Assembly (NCBI GenBank): GCA_965235115.1
Contig: OZ249436.1
Location: 53,756,001 to 53,820,000 of the forward strand
Reading direction: 5' to 3'
DNA from: Laetmonice hystrix
Lineage: Eukaryota
DNA length: 64,000 nt
The notes under the pieces are model-generated. The model searched no databases, was not told the DNA's origin, and was given only the letters and a program-made list of their open reading frames with translations. How positions within the stretch are numbered: the first letter of the stretch is position 1; each line of letters begins with the position of its first letter. Positions 62,589-64,000 of this stretch are shown in pieces. A program made the translations under genes and the position numbers.

Positions 62589-62885
62589 CATCAGTAACAT
62601 TTAGAGTGTTTAGTGTTTTAAGTCCTGAATAGATGCAAAATAGACAAATTGAAAAATCAGCCATGTTATATTATATGGCATAAAGGCTGTCACCAATCGA
62701 AGAACCCCAGTCTAAAATACGTATACCAAATTTGGAGAAAATTCTCTAAAAAATCCTGTGTGTCATGTCATGTTATGTAATGGTCATGATACCCACCAAG
62801 TTTGATCGAGATATCCAACAGTTAGAGGAATATTCACCTAGATTCTCCATCGTAGAAAAATATAAAAAATTAAATTTAAAAAAAG

Positions 62886-62960
62886 TTGTCCTGTGTGGGA
62901 TTCGAACCCAATACCCTTGGCATGACATTCCTACACTCTACCACTGAGCCATCCATGCCA
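62886..62960 (-). pseudogene. tRNA-derived Pol III-like cassette, copy 2
   Basis: Same A and B boxes and downstream T run as copy 1. Confidence 0.55.
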
Positions 62961-63589
62961 ATAGATAAATTGTAGAGTCTTGGTGTGAATGAATGACCAA
63001 AGTGGTAAAGAACTAAGTATTACATCATACCACGGTTACGTCATGGCAGGCTTATAAAGGAGGCCTAGTGGAAGAGAATTATGCCATAAACATTAGATAT
63101 GACAGAGATTCAGCCGAATTTCTGATTACATGCAAAATAGACAAATTTCAAAGTCACGTGACTCAGCCATATGACGTCAGATCAAAACTAATTGGCCGTA
63201 ACTTTGTAAGGCCCACTATGGGCAATATTATATAGCCATTTATTTTTTATTTTATCGAGAGAGAAAGGCCCATAATCTTTTTGACTGTATACTACATTTT
63301 TGCCCATATCTGAATTAGGTCAAAGGTCAGAGGTCAAATGTATGTGGCAAATGATAGAGCTACTAGTGCTGAGTAAGTTGGCATAAATAACTTTTGTCTA
63401 TCTCTGCCCGGAAGTGTACCACGTGACACCAAAGTTGCTGTGTTTATGACGTCATACAATGACGTCATTACGTCCCATGACATATTCCATCATATGTCGA
63501 GATCTCCATGTTATGATGAATCATCCCTGCAAGTTTCATCCAGATATCTTGAAAAGTGAGGGAGATATTCCCCAAAGGTTAACTACAAC

Positions 63590-63623
<34 letters not shown>

Positions 63624-64000
63624 GTGTATACGAAACCGTACAATTTCATAATCCCGTTCCTCAGTCAGAGGAACGGGATAATTAGACCTATAGTCATGAC
63701 ACGCGCAATTATGCTTGCACACTCATACATGGGGGTAAATGTCCTAGCATATCACGGGCGGCGGGTGTCCCAGGGGGTAGATGTCCAGGGGGTGGATGTC
63801 GGGGGGGATATCCGGGGGTGGATGTCCAGGGGGTCGTTGCCCAAGAACCGTTTGTAAGTGCAAGATGACGGTATAGGGCAATGGCTGTTGCTGTAGTGCG
63901 TCTGATTGCAAAATTTTCTGTGACACGGATTGGGTCATTTGTCATTCAAGCACAATTTCTCTCACTCTTGCTCACTTAAGTATATGTCCAGCCTGTTTTT

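Larger units (their letters stand above)
62167..63683. mobile_element. HINE/Helentron-type non-autonomous element
   Basis: AACTAG start; subterminal ATCCCGTTCCTC (62198-62209) repeated in the terminal hairpin ATCCCGTTCCTC-AGTCA-GAGGAACGGGAT (63651-63679); (TAA)n precedes the hairpin. Confidence 0.8.

Noticed and set aside
62516..62960. Functional tRNA genes
   Set aside because: Acceptor and anticodon stems do not pair, and both copies lie inside a transposon-like element.

Overview
This window is eukaryotic, repeat-dense DNA with no confidently recognisable host gene. The repeat types (CR1/L2 LINE, V/Meta-type SINE, Harbinger, Kolobok and Helentron-type non-autonomous elements) suggest a marine invertebrate, but that is inference. 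Nearly all long ORFs in the track are artefacts of MITEs and mini/microsatellites. The most notable object is a 5.5-kb element at 14893-20422 with the split-direct-repeat layout A1-internal-B1-A2-spacer-B2 of Ngaro/PAT/TOC1-type tyrosine-recombinase retroelements. Its repeat pairs (311 bp and 277 bp) look identical, it shares a 4-bp AAAT core at both ends and at the B1/A2 junction, and its interior is non-coding, G/T-skewed and retains only a probable fossil of the recombinase. A second theme is three Harbinger-type MITE families that each sit next to or inside their own copies: an inverted dimer (1.1-2.3 kb), a tandem array (43-45 kb) and an inverted self-nesting (58.8-60.1 kb). Also present are a decayed Harbinger transposase fragment, Helentron-type elements carrying satellite arrays or tRNA-like Pol III cassettes, Sola1-like and Academ-like elements, and a 1.5-kb G-rich 24-bp minisatellite. 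Superfamily calls rest on termini, TSDs and motifs read by eye, not on database searches.
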